The translations under genes and the position numbers were made by a program. Below are positions 33,875 through 52,814 of a stretch of DNA of 64,000 nucleotides, one piece after another. This DNA comes from the human T2T-CHM13v2.0 reference genome, Homo sapiens: assembly GCF_009914755.1 (NCBI RefSeq), contig NC_060927.1; one strand, written 5' to 3'. Under the pieces are notes generated by a model. That model was not told the DNA's origin, ran no database searches, and worked only from the letters and a program-made list of their open reading frames with translations. Positions within the stretch are counted from its first letter, which is position 1. The number at the start of each line of letters is the position of its first letter.

Positions 33875-35677
33875 GAAGCACCCACAAGTCTGAGCATTGG
33901 ACTTTGCCTGACCCTGGACAAATAAATGAACACATAAATGACTGACAGCAGGTCCATGGTAATGAGCTCAGAGGCTTTCACACTTCCCTGGGAGACCCTG
34001 AACTAAGTGTTCTCCATCAGCTGTACCAACCAATGCAATTAATTGGTTCCAATCTGGTATCACAGCTGGAAAATTTCCCCAAAGTTATTCCTGAGACACC
34101 AGGCCTTCTCCAGGCAGCCCTGGAAATTAGCTACTCTCAAAAATTCCTGATCACTCACCAAGACAGGGGAGCATCCAGCTCTCTTTTTGATGACATGAAG
34201 GAAGGGAATAATTTCACTCCTGTTTTTAAGGGCAATAGAGGCAATCATAAAGTATGCAAGGGAGGAGGAATGCAGTACTAAGAAGGTGAAGTGGGCTGGG
34301 GAGAGGGAAGCAAGGCCAGACCTGTCTTAGATGGGGAGAAACAGAAGCACACACTGAGTGAAGCCTTTCAGGGCAACAGAGGGTCAGAGGAAAATCAAAG
34401 CCTCCAGACCCCAAGCTGCAGACCCCACAGACAAGCTGCCAAGAGAAGCAAAGCCAGAAGACCCAAGTGGAGGCAGCTTATTTCATCAGAATCCAGTTGG
34501 TTAAAAATAACTTCACTTATTAGTTTAAGTGAGATCACCACAGGGCTGGAAATTCACTGTCAGTGAAACAAAAATACTGAAAGGAAAATGAGAAAAGTCT
34601 ACATTCACGATGAACTTTATAAAGAAACACAGGAGGAAGCTGCCTGAACATTCCACAGGCTATGTTTTCCTTCTGGGCTCTTTATGAGGCACAGGTCTGC
34701 CATTTTTGGAATTAGCACTCTTCATTCTTCCAGTCTTGCCAAAGAGAAGCAGCTTAGCACCATGCAGCATCACTGGGAAAAAGGCAAGCTTTGGAGGAAT
34801 ACTGCACGGAAGCATCTGTTGAGCTGGACCTCACCTACACTCACGCGGGAACCTCACAGCACAGCCTGTTCTCCTCTGCTTCTGCCAAGGCGCTGCACCT
34901 TCCTTAAGCAAACAGATTTCCCTTGTTGACTGTGCTGTCAACAAAGACTCTACTGAGGAAAAGCAGCAACTCTGCTGAGAAGGGCGGAGGGCCTTGCAGG
35001 AGCCATTTACATGCTCTTTCTAAAGGAGAAAAGGCAGAGGGACAGGGATAGAACTCTCTCTGAGTAACTGTGGGAATCCATCCTGCTTTTCTGTTAAGCC
35101 CCAGGAGAACAGTCCTGGAGCCCTCATGCCATCTCTGCATGCATTCCTGCATCCTCTTCATGGCTCACCTGAAGCTTCCTCACCAATTAGGCCCTGCAGG
35201 GCCAAGGCTCCTGTCTTCCCTGTAGCCTTTGCCCTGTGCAGCTCTTGCCCAGGCTAGGCTGGGGTGAGCTGCTCTGGGACGCAGGGCCCTCGAGCACTGT
35301 AACAGTGATGAACCACATATAATGCCTGCTCTTTTCAAATGGCATCCAGTCTTCACACACATGCCAACAGGTGTCACGGGAGCCTTGGCATATGCCTCAT
35401 CTAAAGCATGCAGTTCTACTCAGCTCACGCATGGGCATGAGCTCAGGGAGCCCAAAAGCTGAGACGACCTAGATACTCTGCCTCTGGAACACATCCGGAC
35501 AGTTTGCTGCTGAGCTTTCTGGAGGCATGCCCTCGTTGTGCCCGGGTCTCCACACCCTCCAATTCCAATTGGCTCCCTCCAACAGGCGCTCCCATGATTC
35601 AGTGTTATTTTGTTTCTTAGGTTTATTTCTGTCTGCTGCTGTTGTTTTTGCTGTTTTTGGAGAAGTATGTAGACCAT

Positions 35678-36580
<903 letters not shown>

Positions 36581-37324
36581 CAGCCTGAGCTTTTTGAGAT
36601 TTTAAAATTTTATATAATTTCAAAGTTACATAAACATTATAAAAGCAAGGAACCCACCTTTTATGCAGGTTCACCAATGTGTTTTCATTTTCCCCTTTTT
36701 GCTTTATCATTCTCTTCTCTCTCTTCCTCTCTCCACACCTCTTCCTCTCTCCACACCACACACACACACGTGTGTGTGTATACATATATATATGAATATG
36801 TATATATGTGTATCTATAATTCTTTTTTGAACCATTGGAGAGTAAGTTGTACATATGACGTCCCTTTGTCCCTAAAAACCTTGGTGTGCATTTCTAAAAA
36901 CAAGAATATTCTCTTACATAACTGCAGTAGTTATCCAAATCAGAAAATTTAAACGTTGATACAATACTATTATTTAATTCATAATCTGTATTCAAATTTC
37001 ATCAATTATAGCTATTTTTTCCTAGTTCAGGATACAATCCAGGATCACGAATTGTATTTCATTGACAAGTCTTTTTGGTCTTTCTTAATCTAGAACAGTT
37101 GCTTAGCCTTTTTTATTCTTGACATTTTTTTAAAAAGAGTAGGATGTTCTTCAATTTGAGTTTGGTTAATTTTTCCTTGTGATTAGATTCAGTTACACAT
37201 TTTTGGAAGGAATATGCATAAAAATGAATCACTGAATCAATGTGTTCCTCTGAGTGCAATGTATCATACATATTGAGTTGCCCATGACTCAAATCTGGAG
37301 TCACTATCATGACATTGACTTTGG

Positions 37325-37700
37325 TGTCCTATAGGACATTAATGGATGTTCTCAACCTTTGGCTCCATGCATTACAGTTGTGGGCAAAAGAGGCACACAC
37401 TTGCATACACATAACTTGCTCGATGGTCTGTGAGGTGGAAAGCCCAGGCTGGCCTGTTGGATGAGGAGAAACACATGGCTCAGTTGCCCTTGTCACCCAA
37501 GCCAACGGCCAGCCAACTCCTAGAAGCAAGGGTACCTAGCTAACAGCAGCTGACCACAGACTTATGAATAAGTCCCACCAAGTCTGGCAGAAAAGCAACC
37601 AAATTGGTGGTTTGCAAAATTGTAAGCTAAATAAACAGTTGCTGTTTTAAGCCACTACATTTTGGGGTGATATGTTAGCTAGCAAAAGCTAACTGATATA
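37325..37700 (+). mobile_element. Old MLT1-type LTR
   Basis: 3' motif AATAAA...TGTTTTAAGCCACTA...TTTGGGGTG...AACTGATA. Confidence 0.65.
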
Positions 37701-37871
37701 TCTTGTTTATTGGAGAAAGAAGTAAGACTCAGAAGCCCTACATTATTTCTTTGATACTACTGACGAAAAAAGGTTGTCCTGTTTTTCTTCTGGCTCTGTC
37801 CTGTCTCCCTCAGGGATATGACCCTCTGTTTATGTTTAGAATTTAAAAGATTATTTAAATTTACTAATATG

Positions 37872-38170
<299 letters not shown>

Positions 38171-38177
38171 TTTACTT

Positions 38178-38179
<2 letters not shown>

Positions 38180-38219
<40 letters not shown>
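38180..38219. repeat. (GT)n microsatellite
   Basis: About 20 units. Confidence 0.98.
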
Positions 38220-38225
<6 letters not shown>

Positions 38226-39039
38226 TTTAAGAAAAAAAATAAACCACAGATACTGCTCTCCCTGGATTTTTTGAAAACCAAGTCACATCTCTCAGTTGCT
38301 TGACTGGATCAATGATGGCAGGAGACTCTCCCAACATCCTTCCATAGAAAGCAGCAGATGCAGAGCCCTTCCTAGAGAGGGACCCCAGAGCAGAAGGCTC
38401 TTAGGGTTCACCATGACTCTTACTTTTACCAACTCCTCTGATCCCTTTCCTGGAGATAAGGATTTGGTGCCTCTGGGATGCAGCCAGACGGTTTGTACTT
38501 TCAACAAGTTCTTCTGGTATTTCACATCATCAGGGGAGTTTGGGAAACACTGCATTACAGAAAGGGTTCTCAACCTGGGCTGTACATTAAAATCACAAGG
38601 GAGTTTTAAAAAACCCAGAACATTTAAATCAGAATCTTTAGCGCTGGCACTGAGGCATCAGTATTTTTTAATTACTCCCCCCACCCCTCCCCAATGAGTC
38701 CAGTGTGCAGCCAAGAAGAACCTGTGCTCGTTTCTATGACTGATTAGTAAGAAGCTTGCTTCTCCCTCCCCATTCACATGAATATTCCTTTTACAACCGT
38801 ATGTGTTTCTGATAACAGAGGTGTACTTATTTGGTGCATACAAAATGCTGCCCTTGAGGCTTCTTTATGATTTTCTCCTCACCACTCAGCTGATTTCCCA
38901 ATAGGAATTTGGATTTTCCTTACTGTGAGCAGTTCCCTAAATCTTATAAATTTCCTTTTTGGGAAAAATATTATTTTCTTTTTAGTGTACTGTCCAATAT
39001 GAAGAGAGACTGGAGGGCAAGCTTTGAACATCAGCAGCT

Positions 39040-39779
<740 letters not shown>

Positions 39780-39899
39780 TCAGCAGAGATTTTTCTGATT
39801 CATGAGCTCTGTCTGAAAGCATAAATCTGGACACATTCTCTGCAAAAAAAAGGTCTAAATTCAGAAATACAGGTGATGCTTCAGTTGATGTTATAGGTA

Positions 39900-42300
39900 T
39901 CAATTCGAGTTTCAAAGGCAATATATTGTTGATCTCTTCTAGATTATGTTGGTTTTTATTTCATAAAATTCTGCTATTTTCTTTTTCTCTTATTTTGCTG
40001 TTCTTCAAATTTCTTTAGCTCTTTAGTTCATGAAACTTCAACTTTTTTCCTTTTCTAACAAACATTTAATGTTTTAGATTTCCTTCTAGGTATAGCTTTG
40101 GCAGCACCCCATGAGTTTGGGTATGTACATTTTTAATTAGTTCTAAATATATGATAATTTCCATTATAATTTTTTTCCCATAATTTATTTAAGGATATCT
40201 TTTCTAAACAGCAAATACTTGAATTTTTAAAAGTTCATCTCACAATCTCTGTTTTCTAATTGGAGCCTCCTGTCTACTAATACTTAATTTAATCATCAAT
40301 CTAATTTAAATCTGCTTTTTATTAGTTCTGCCCATTCTCTCTTCCTTTCCTCTTCTTTCTTTTTTCCCACTTTGGGTTATCTGAATTATTCTTCTTCTTT
40401 TTTGGGGCAGTATTCTCTTTTTTCTCTGTATTGATTTGGAAGTTAAATATCCTTTCTCTATTTTCTTCAGTGGTACCCAGAAGTTACAACTTCTTTGACT
40501 TATTGAAATGTATTATTACTTTTATCATCTTCCCTAATAATACAACTTGAAATACTTAAAACACTACATATGAATACACTTAAAATACTTCCCACTTATA
40601 TAAATCATTTTTTAGTATCCAGTGTTACTGTTACTGCTTCAATTACATAATTTCAATTGGTCCACATATTTACTCCTTCCATTTATTCTTTTTTGCCTCT
40701 CCAGTCTTCTTCATGCAATATTTTCCTCCTGCCTGAAGAGCACTTGTTAGTGTTTAAGTGCAGACTGGATGTAATGAATTCTCTCACCTTTTGTCTGTCT
40801 GAAAACGTCTTTATTTCACCTTTATTATTGGGAGATATTTTTCACTGAGGATAAAATTCTAGGTTAGCAGTAATTTTCTTTCAGTACCTTCAAAATATCA
40901 AAAGTCTTTGGGCTTTCATTGTCAGTTTATTGTTGCTCCTTTAAAGACAATCTCAGCATTTTTAATTTATAAAAATATTCTTTTCTTCATATATGATTCT
41001 TACCAGTCTTACCATGATGTGCCTAGCTGTGAATTTCTTTGTATTTGTCTTACTTGAGCTTTGCAGGGATTCTTGAATCTGTGTCTGGATGTTTTTCTTC
41101 AATTGTGGATCATTTTCATATTACTTTTATTCTATTTTCTTTTATCTTTCTCTTCTCCTTTTAGAATTCAAATCATATTACATCTTCTTTGTCTTTTACC
41201 CTTTGTTGTATAATTTTTCATCCTTTTTCCCTCTGTTATTTATTCTGGATATCTTCCTCTGAAATATTTTCCAGTTCACTAATCCTCTCTTTGGCTCTTT
41301 TTTTTAAAAGTCTTTCTCTCCTTTCCTTTCCTTTTCTTTCTTTCTTTCCTTCATTCCTTCCTTCCTTCCTCTTTCTCTCTTCCTTCCTTCCTTTTCTTTT
41401 CTTTCTCTCTCTTCTTTCTTTCTTTTCTTTTTTTTTTCTTTTCTTTTCTTTCTTTTTGCAACAAGGTCTCACTATGATGTCTAGACTGTATTTAAACTTT
41501 GAACTCCTTGGCTCAAGTGATCCTCCTGCCTCAGCCTCCCAAGTAGCTGGGACTATAGGCATGCACCACCATGCCCAGCCCTCTTTGGCTCTTTTTAATC
41601 AGCTATTAGGTCTATCCATTAAGTTCTTAATTTTAGTTACTGAATTTTTCATGTCTAGAGTTTCCATTTGGTTATTTTTACAGTTTCCACACTCTGCCAA
41701 AATTCTCCTTCTCATCTTTTATATCTTTGAACATGTCAAGGATAGTTATTTTAAAGTCTGCATCTACCAATCCTAATGTCTGGAGTTTCTATTACCTATT
41801 GTTTCTTCTGAATTTTATTCTACTTGCCTTGTCTCCTCATGCAACTAGTTATTTTATATTGTGTGACAAATCCTACATTGGCTAAATTGTTTGTTGAAAT
41901 TAATTGAGGTCTAGGATACTATCTTCCTCAAAACATAATTTTTATTTGATTCTCCTAGACATCTGGAGCACTGGAAATTCAGGGTCATCTCAATCCGAAT
42001 TCATGGCTATAGAGTATTTGAAGATGTGCTGCTTCTCCTAGGAGGGCCTGCGAACAGTTCACTGTACAGTGTACTGTGTCCAGCTTACCCTTAGGGCATA
42101 GCCCTGCAAGGTCCCAACCCAAAGCAAAACGGCTCACTGGGTCCCCTCCTACACAGAAGGTGAATTCAAATCTCCAACCTCCTAGTCCCATGTGGCTATT
42201 AAAACTGCTATTCAGCTTTTTAGCCACACTTTATGGAATCTGCAAAGGTTTCCAGGAGACAAGTGGCCCAAAAGTCTGAATTCATCATTCTAGGCCTTTA
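39900..42300 (-). mobile_element. Degenerate L1M(E) fragments with a (TTTC/TTCC)n tract (~41310-41458) and a FLAM/Alu monomer (~41440-41580)
   Basis: T-rich L1 antisense motifs (TCTGAAAACGTCTTTATTTCACC, TCCAGTTCACTAATCCTCTCTT). Confidence 0.7.
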
Positions 42301-42582
42301 TCATTCTCTGGATTTATGTGTACACTCAACATAAATTCATAGAGATATAGGGCAGATGTGCTAGATGTCTACTATGCCATCAATTACAAGATGCACCACA
42401 CATTTAATCATTGCTTTTCAGTGTGTGGTGAGGGAGTGGAGACCTGGGCAGGAAAGGCCCACAGTGAAATGTACATACTAATGGTCAGATGCTTGTTTCT
42501 AGAAAAATAAAATGAAAGGACATTGAATAGGAATGGTGAAAAGAGAATAATATGTTTTAAAAAATAAATTAAAAAGGGATAG

Positions 42583-42980
<398 letters not shown>

Positions 42981-43519
42981 TAATATCATTTCAGCCTGCA
43001 GAGATCCACTAATATGTCTTAATACCTTATAGTAAACCTACAGAAGATGGACCTTTCTAATCATCCAGTCCTGGCATACAATGCTTGAGAGACCTAAGCC
43101 TAGTTGCAAGCGGTCTCTTCAGAATCTGTGAATACTCTGGTTATCTGATGAAATTTTATAGTAACAGGATTATGAAAAAATATTCCTACTTGACTACATT
43201 ATGGAAATGCATGCACAGGGCATATTTTGTCTATTCAAGAGCATAGATATAAAATGTAAGGCAGAGAGGACCACAGTTCCAGATTCACCAAAAGGCTTTG
43301 GATGTAGCCTCAGTTGTCCCTTTATTCAGTTGCTGCTTCATACTTGGCACATTTGGAGACATGAGTCAGCATGGCTATGTTTTCTATGGCCACTCGCCAG
43401 CCAGACATCTTAGGATCATCATCTACCAAAGTAGTTCTTGGTGCCTTGTTTGCTTTCACATTTCCTGTGGCATGAAGGAAAAAGTGAAGTGGCTCCTGCC
43501 TTCTCTGAGCATGACTAAA

Positions 43520-44015
43520 GAAGTGTTTATTTCTGCTTTTGTTGCCTGTGTTTTTGAGATCTTATTAAAATATTTTCCCAGACCAATATCCTGAAGCATT
43601 CTTCCTATGTTTTCTTCTAGTAGTTTTATAGTTTTGGGTCTTACATTTAGTTCTATAATCTACTTTGAGTTGATTTTTATATGAGGTGAGAGGTGGGGGT
43701 CTAGTTTTATTCTTCTGCATACAGATATCCAGTTTTCCCAGCACCATTTATTGAAGATACTGTCCTTTCCCCAGTGAGTGTTCTAAGTTCTAGTGTTCTA
43801 TACCACTGTAGGATGGCCATAGTTAACAATAACATATCATTTCAAATAGCTAGGAGGATATTGAATGTTCCCAGCAAAAAATAAATGATAAATATTTGAG
43901 ATGACAGATATGCCAATTACCCTGATCTGATCACTCTCAATTATGTGTGTCAAAACATCACTACGCACCCCATGAATATGTACAATTATTATTTGTCAAT
44001 TTAAAAAATAAAATT
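43520..44015. mobile_element. L1MA element with 5' inversion (antisense ORF2 piece joined to sense 3' end)
   Basis: 43525-43783 is antisense L1 ORF2 (WCWENWISV-type motif); 43785-44015 is sense L1MA 3'UTR ending in an A-rich tail. Confidence 0.75.
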
Positions 44016-44199
44016 AGGCCAGGCATGGTGGCTCACACCTGTAAACCCAGCACTTTGGGAGGTGGAAGCCAGAGGACTGCCTGAGTCCAGGAGTTTGAGA
44101 CCAGCCTGAGCAATAAGGCAAGACTTTGTTTCTACAAAAAAAACTAATAAATTAATAAAAATTTAAAACAAAGCAGGTTTCAGCACTATTAGAAAGATT

Positions 44200-44700
44200 T
44201 CTCCTAGCTGGCCATAACAATTACTTCTCTAAAGGATTCCACGGGTCAGGCACTCAAATAGCCACAGCAGGAATGGCTAGTCTTGCGTATAATGTCTAGG
44301 GGCTGAGCTGGCAAGACTCATAGGCTGGCAATAACTCAATGGCTGGGGGCTAGAATCACCTAGAGGCATCTTCATTCACATTTTTGGCAGTTAATGCTAG
44401 CCACTGGCTAGGACATTGGTTAGGGCTGTTGGCAAGAGCCCCTAAAGGAGATACCTCCATGTGGTCTGGCATTCCTCACAGCACACCCATCTCAGCACAG
44501 TCAGACTCCTCATGGCATCTCAAGGCTACAAAAGTGAGTGTCCCCAGAAATCTAGACAGATGCGGCATGGATTTTTCCAACCTAACTTCAGAAGTCACGT
44601 AATCTCACTTTTGCTGTATTCTATCAGTAGAGGCAAACACACCTATTGATGGCAGTGGTGTGAAAAAATTTGTGGCCATATTTTAAAACCTCCATACCAC
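44200..44700 (-). mobile_element. Old MLT1-type LTR
   Basis: GGCTGGGGGCTAGAATCACCTAGAGGC...TTCAGAAGTCAC...GTGGCCATATTTTAAAAC motifs. Confidence 0.65.
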
Positions 44701-44893
44701 GTTCCTATACATATACATGCAGATGAGTATCCACAGAAAAAAGGGATAAAGAATGTATACCAAACAATTAATAGTCATTATCTCTGAGGTGGAGAAGAAG
44801 AGAGAAACTTAACTTTGTACTTTATATATATATGCATTATTTGAAATTTTTACAATAAGCATGTATTCTTTTTATTACTTAAAAAAAATTCAA

Positions 44894-45634
<741 letters not shown>

Positions 45635-45694
45635 CTATATAAGCCTTGGTGGTGCAACTGGGGTGAGTTGGAAAAGGAGTGCTCGCCTAACTTA

Positions 45695-45997
<303 letters not shown>

Positions 45998-46859
45998 CTA
46001 CCACATCCACATCCCTGGGACCAGGTGATGATAATTACACTAGCATTTTCGTCTTTTTTTTTTCTCTTATCTTCTTCTTCTTCCCCACCCCACCCGCCCA
46101 AAATTAACCATCTGCTCTGGCATGTCGATCTGGAAAAGCCCTTCAAATCTTTCTTTTAAAACGGTGTTTTACAAATATCATGTGTCAAGGCTCAGTGTCC
46201 TAGGCTTCCCTGAGTTAGGTCACTTGATGTCTAAGGCACTGATTTAGGCCTCAGCTCTGCTTTCTTCTGCCTCCCTCAGCCCTAGGATGACCCCCTATAC
46301 AACAGGTTGCTTCCCTTCTCTCTGTCCCTTGCCTTAAGATATTACCAGGCCCCTTTCACAATAAATTCATTCGTGTCTGCTGTACTTCTGTCCTACTGCA
46401 CAAGAAAACAGGGATGATGTCTGGTACACCTTGGCTTCCTATAGCACATTAATATATGGACATGTAGTGGGCCTCAAAGAATGTGTGATTAATGGGGGGA
46501 TGGGAACCTGAATTCAAGCAGAGGTGAAAGCCCAGGCTGAAGGCAAATGAGAATTTTAAGCAAGGAAACCACGGTACCGGAGGGAGCACTGAGGTCCCCA
46601 GGAGCCTCCTGGAGGAATGAAGCAATGCCTTGGGTGGCCCTATCAAGTTAAGCTAAAGGCAGGGGAGAAAACACCTACTTAGAATGAGACACTTTACTTC
46701 CATCTGTCACCAACTTTTTCATAATATATCAGTGATTGGACTAAGACACAACTAAGACACAAGTCATCTGCTTGCAAAAGACTAAGACACAAGTCATCTA
46801 CTTGCAAAATTATTATAATAAATATAATAATTCCACAGCTTTGGAACCAAAAGTTATAA

Positions 46860-48330
46860 TAAAAATACAAAAAAAAATTTTAAATAAACACATCCATAGG
46901 TGACTGGCACTCCTACATTTAACTACAAAAAGGTAGTATTAACAAAACTACAAGGAAAAACAAAAAAATCCACAATCCTTGAGGAAATTTTAAACTACTA
47001 TCCCTCTCAGTAATTGTTAAAACAGAAAACAAAATTAGCACTCTTGATGTAAGAACCTATGTGCACTACTGCATACCAAACTACAGAATACACATTCATT
47101 TTAGGCACACACAGAACATTTGTAAAACTGATCAAATACTGAGCTATAAAGCAAATCTAAAAAAACCTCAAAAGACAAAAATCATACAAAGCATGCCTTT
47201 TAGACTACAACAAAGCTAAAATCACTTATTTTATATATGAAACACTTATATAGTGTTTACTATGGACTAGATGTTGTTCAAATTGCTTTACAAATACTCA
47301 TTAAATTAATTCTTATGACAACTCTATGATATAGGTGGTATTATCATCCTCATTTTATAGTTAAGGTTTAGTATTAATGCTTGTCCGAGATCACACAGCA
47401 GAGATACAGAACCAGGCAGTATGGCTCCGTTAGTGATTTTAATCACTTGGTTATACTGCCTCTCAATAACAAAGCAATAACTAGGAAAATCCCCTTGTGC
47501 ATGGAAATTACAAAATATACTTCTAAATAAACTGTGTTCAAAGAAGAAATCCCAACTGAAATAAAACATGTCAACTCAAGGGCCAAAAACTTATGGAGAA
47601 ACTAAAGTAGTTTAAGAGAAATTTATAGCCTCAGATCTCACATTATTAATACCAAAAAAGTATGGTTGAGAATCAATGATCTAAGTTTCTAGCTCAAAAA
47701 ACAAACACAGAAGTCCCACAAAATCAAATCTTCTAACGTAGAAGGAGGAAATAATACAGATAGAGCAGAAATCAGTAAAACGGAAAGCAGACACACAATC
47801 AAGAAAATAAAGCCAAAAGTTGCTTTTTTCAAATGAATAATAAAACGGATAAACCCCTACTAAGACTGATCAAGACAAAAAAAGAGAAAACACAAAGTAC
47901 CAATATCAAGAATGAAAGGGAACATCACTACAGATCCCGTGGACCCTGAAATGATAATTAGAGATTATTACATTGTATATGCCACATTAGACAATCTAAA
48001 TGAAGTGGGGGAAAAACTTTAAAAAATAAAACTTAGCAACATTGACACAAAATTAATTTTAAAATCTGAATACTTCTTTATCTACCAAACAAATTAAATT
48101 CATTATTTAAAATCTTCCTACAAGAAAACCTTCAGACACAGATGATCTCACACCAAAACAAACAAACAAAAGCCCTCACCCGCAGAAACCCTTTCAGAGT
48201 TAAAGAAGGAGCAACTTTACAATTTGGTTTAGGAACCATCATACGTTTGATATCAACACTTGGCAAAGATATTATAAAAAATGAAAATTACAGGCTAATA
48301 TGTTTCATAAACATAGATTCAATAATCCCA
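46860..48330 (+). mobile_element. Old L1M ORF2 remnant with embedded MIR-like piece
   Basis: A-rich; ACAGAATACACATTC, GAAATTTATAGC and GAAAATTACAGGCTAATA motifs. Confidence 0.75.
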
Positions 48331-50189
48331 AACCAGCTTCCCTCACTCCAGGCTCAGTTCTAGGTCTTCTTGCTGTAAAATTTTTCCTTAGGATTCTGCC
48401 CACGCACATGATTTCAAAGACCATCCTTATACAGATGACACGTTTTTAGAAATAGTTTCTCTCCAAATCTATCTCTTCAAACATCTGTAATTCATCATAC
48501 TTAAGCTGAGCATTTCTTCTTCTTCCTCCCGTCACCATAGCACACAAATAACTAAATGTAGGAACTGGTGGCAGCTAAGAATTTAGTACCAAAAAGAATC
48601 CTTTGATAATATAGCTTATAACTCTTCCTGGTTCTAGTATAAAAGTTGGAGCTCATAAAATTGAGTTTACTATAAGGAAGTATACCTATAATTGTCCACT
48701 GAGGAAGTGGGGAAAGAAAAGGAAGGAGAATGAAGAAAAGGAATCATTTCTGGCAAGCAGTAACAAAGAATCATGTGCTCTGGTGTTGTCCTTACTTTCT
48801 CTTTGACCAGTGACATTTCTGCCTTTAATTTTCTATGACCCGTATCAAGCTAGACAGGCACAAAATATTGATCCTTATCCACATGGCATTCCACTTAAAC
48901 AGTTATAATGGGATGAAACTCTAAAACCTTATGGATTGCAAAAATATTTATTTAAAAGGAATTAAAGTTGGCACAATATATCTTGTTCAAAGATTAATAT
49001 TAGCTCCAATTTATTCTACTTGCATTCTTTAAAATCAGCTTAATTTTCATGGCTCAATGTCAGTCAAAAAACACTACAGTGAAGAATTATCAGTAAACTG
49101 CTAATAGGTATGGGATTCTTTTGAGGAGTGATGGAAATGTTCTGGAATTAGATGCATGCAAACCATGGTTTTCACAACCTAATGAATATACTAAAACCCA
49201 CTTAACTGTATATTTTAAAATGACAAATTTTATGTGAAATACATGTCAATTAAAAAAATTAGCAGTGGTTACTAACAGCCTTCAAAGTTAAAAATGTTTT
49301 GTCTCTAACACTCTCTCTGAGGATATGGAGAAATACGACATTCATCCTTAATTAGGAACGGAGAGCTTTTCAAGCCTGCACTTAAAACAGAGAGCACTAA
49401 AAACTCTACGACCTAGACGGTTTTTTCCTTGGCTTTCCCCTTTTCCTGACAACCATGCTTTTTTTTTTTTCCCCCATGTCTTCTAGTTTCACTCAATATC
49501 GTTGGCTAAACAAGAATCACATTTTAAAATATACAACGCATCCTAAATTGACGGAGGGCTTTTCTCTTTTATCAGTCTAATTCGTCCTAAGCTAGAACTC
49601 CCTCATGGGTGTGAGAACTGCTGGCTTTAAGCTTGCTTCCTTCAGATGCTCCTGTACCAAGTCAGCGGGATTTTGTTCTAATATGAAAACACAGCTGAAT
49701 TAGCTTTTCAAAAGGGAATGGATACAGAGCTCCAATCCTGCTCATTTTAGGGCAAGTATTACAAGCTAAATTCAGGCTGAAAAACCAAGCAAACGAACAA
49801 GAAGTGGATCAATTCTCAGAGAACCTGCCATAATCTGGCCCTTGCCCACTTCTCTACCTCATGTCTCAAGACGTCCCCTCGCCTCCAGGTACTTTGCTTT
49901 ATCATTTGTCCCGTTTTTCCTGTCACTCAGAGACAGCCTTTGCACGTGCTATTCCCTCTGGCCAGGCCATTCTCTCTCTCTTAGCCTCGCTGATTCCCAC
50001 TCATCTTTCACGTCTTCCCGGACCAAGCCAAAATATCCGAGGGAGTTTTCTAACCATCGGCGGTGTCCTCAGGGGCACATTAATAGACGTTGAGAAACTG
50101 AGGGACGGCGGAAAATCACCCCTTAGCAGAGGAGGTTCTAGGGCACCTTAGAGGTGATTTCATTCGAGCTTTCTTGGAGACCTTAGGAA

Positions 50190-51063
<874 letters not shown>

Positions 51064-52020
51064 CTACTTTTCAACTGGCCTCCTCCCCCTCCCCACCAAC
51101 ACTCTTTTTTTTTTTTTTTTTTTTTTTTAATGAAGAGAGGAAAATCTAAGTTACCTACCACCCTCACTCTAAGGTGTGAAACGCATGGAATAGCGAAATT
51201 CCTCTTTCCTAAAAGCGAAGTTTGAGAGTCACTGAGGAAAGGATATCTTCAGGAACGCTTCCTTCACCACTTTTCCTGGTACGCTAGTATTTCTCAAGGA
51301 GCAGTAAGAGGGCTAGTGAGATTGTCACCATTATCACCCACCTCCCAAATCAGGGCTTTTTGACCTCGAAAGGGTCTGAGATTCGGACTCTGTCGGTCTG
51401 GTCTGGGAATCTACACTCTAAGTTAAAGTGTCCCAATGGATTCTGCTGCAGGGGTCCCTGTTTGACTTGATTCCTTCTTCCTGCTCGCCCCTAGCCTGTC
51501 TCCCTACCACCAGCCCTGTTCAGTGAAAGAAGAACTTGCTTTCTTCATAGGTAGAGTAATAAAGATCAGTATTGTTATAACTGAGGCATGCGCGGTGCTC
51601 TACAATTTGCAAATCCCTTTTATATTGATGTATGGGTCAACAAACATCTATTGAGTGCCCATACATGCCTGTCCCTGTGCTAGACCCTGAATGTGGCTGC
51701 AATCTGTCCTAAAAATGTTCACACTTAAATAAAATATACTTACAATTGAAAAAGTGATTGGTGCTAAAGGGGCAGATGATTATCCTCATTTAATGAACCA
51801 GGACACAGACATTGAAATAATTTACTTTCTTTTCACAGTAAGAACTTGGATTTGAATCCACATCTGATTTACTACAGGTGTCATTTTTCAGCTTGCATTA
51901 ATTGTTGAAATGTACTGAAAAGATTTCTTCTCTCCTTATTACTTCCCATCAACTACAAGGGCTACTATTAATGAGTAATTATTTTGGATAATTAAACTTT
52001 GCTTTCAAAATACAAATACT

Positions 52021-52548
<528 letters not shown>

Positions 52549-52814
52549 AGCTCCTTCCCTTTTAACAGTTAGCTGGTAACCTAAGGAGTGAGACTTCACA
52601 TGTCTGGACTGGAGGGGTCATTTTAAAGCCTGGTTAGTGCTGAGAACGGAGGGGAGGGATCAGAAGGTACCTGCCAAGAGCTACCAACTCACTCACTCAG
52701 GAGCTTTGCCTAGGAACATTTTAAAAACAGTCAATTGAATATTACTACTTAATTCTCCTAACATTTTCAAGATTATGCTTATTCACAATTGTCTTGGCCT
52801 GTCCTGATGTGAGG

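Noticed and set aside
41189-41776. 195-aa hydrophobic ORF and antisense K/R/E-rich ORF
   Set aside because: Produced by a (TTTC/TTCC)n tract plus an Alu monomer within L1
43361-43371. ATGAGTCAGCA (NF-E2/MAF-type motif)
   Set aside because: Single short motif with no supporting context; expected by chance in 64 kb
51105-51128. Free-standing T24 tract beside the CpG island
   Set aside because: Could affect nucleosome positioning, but mononucleotide runs are common and there is no TSD or element body
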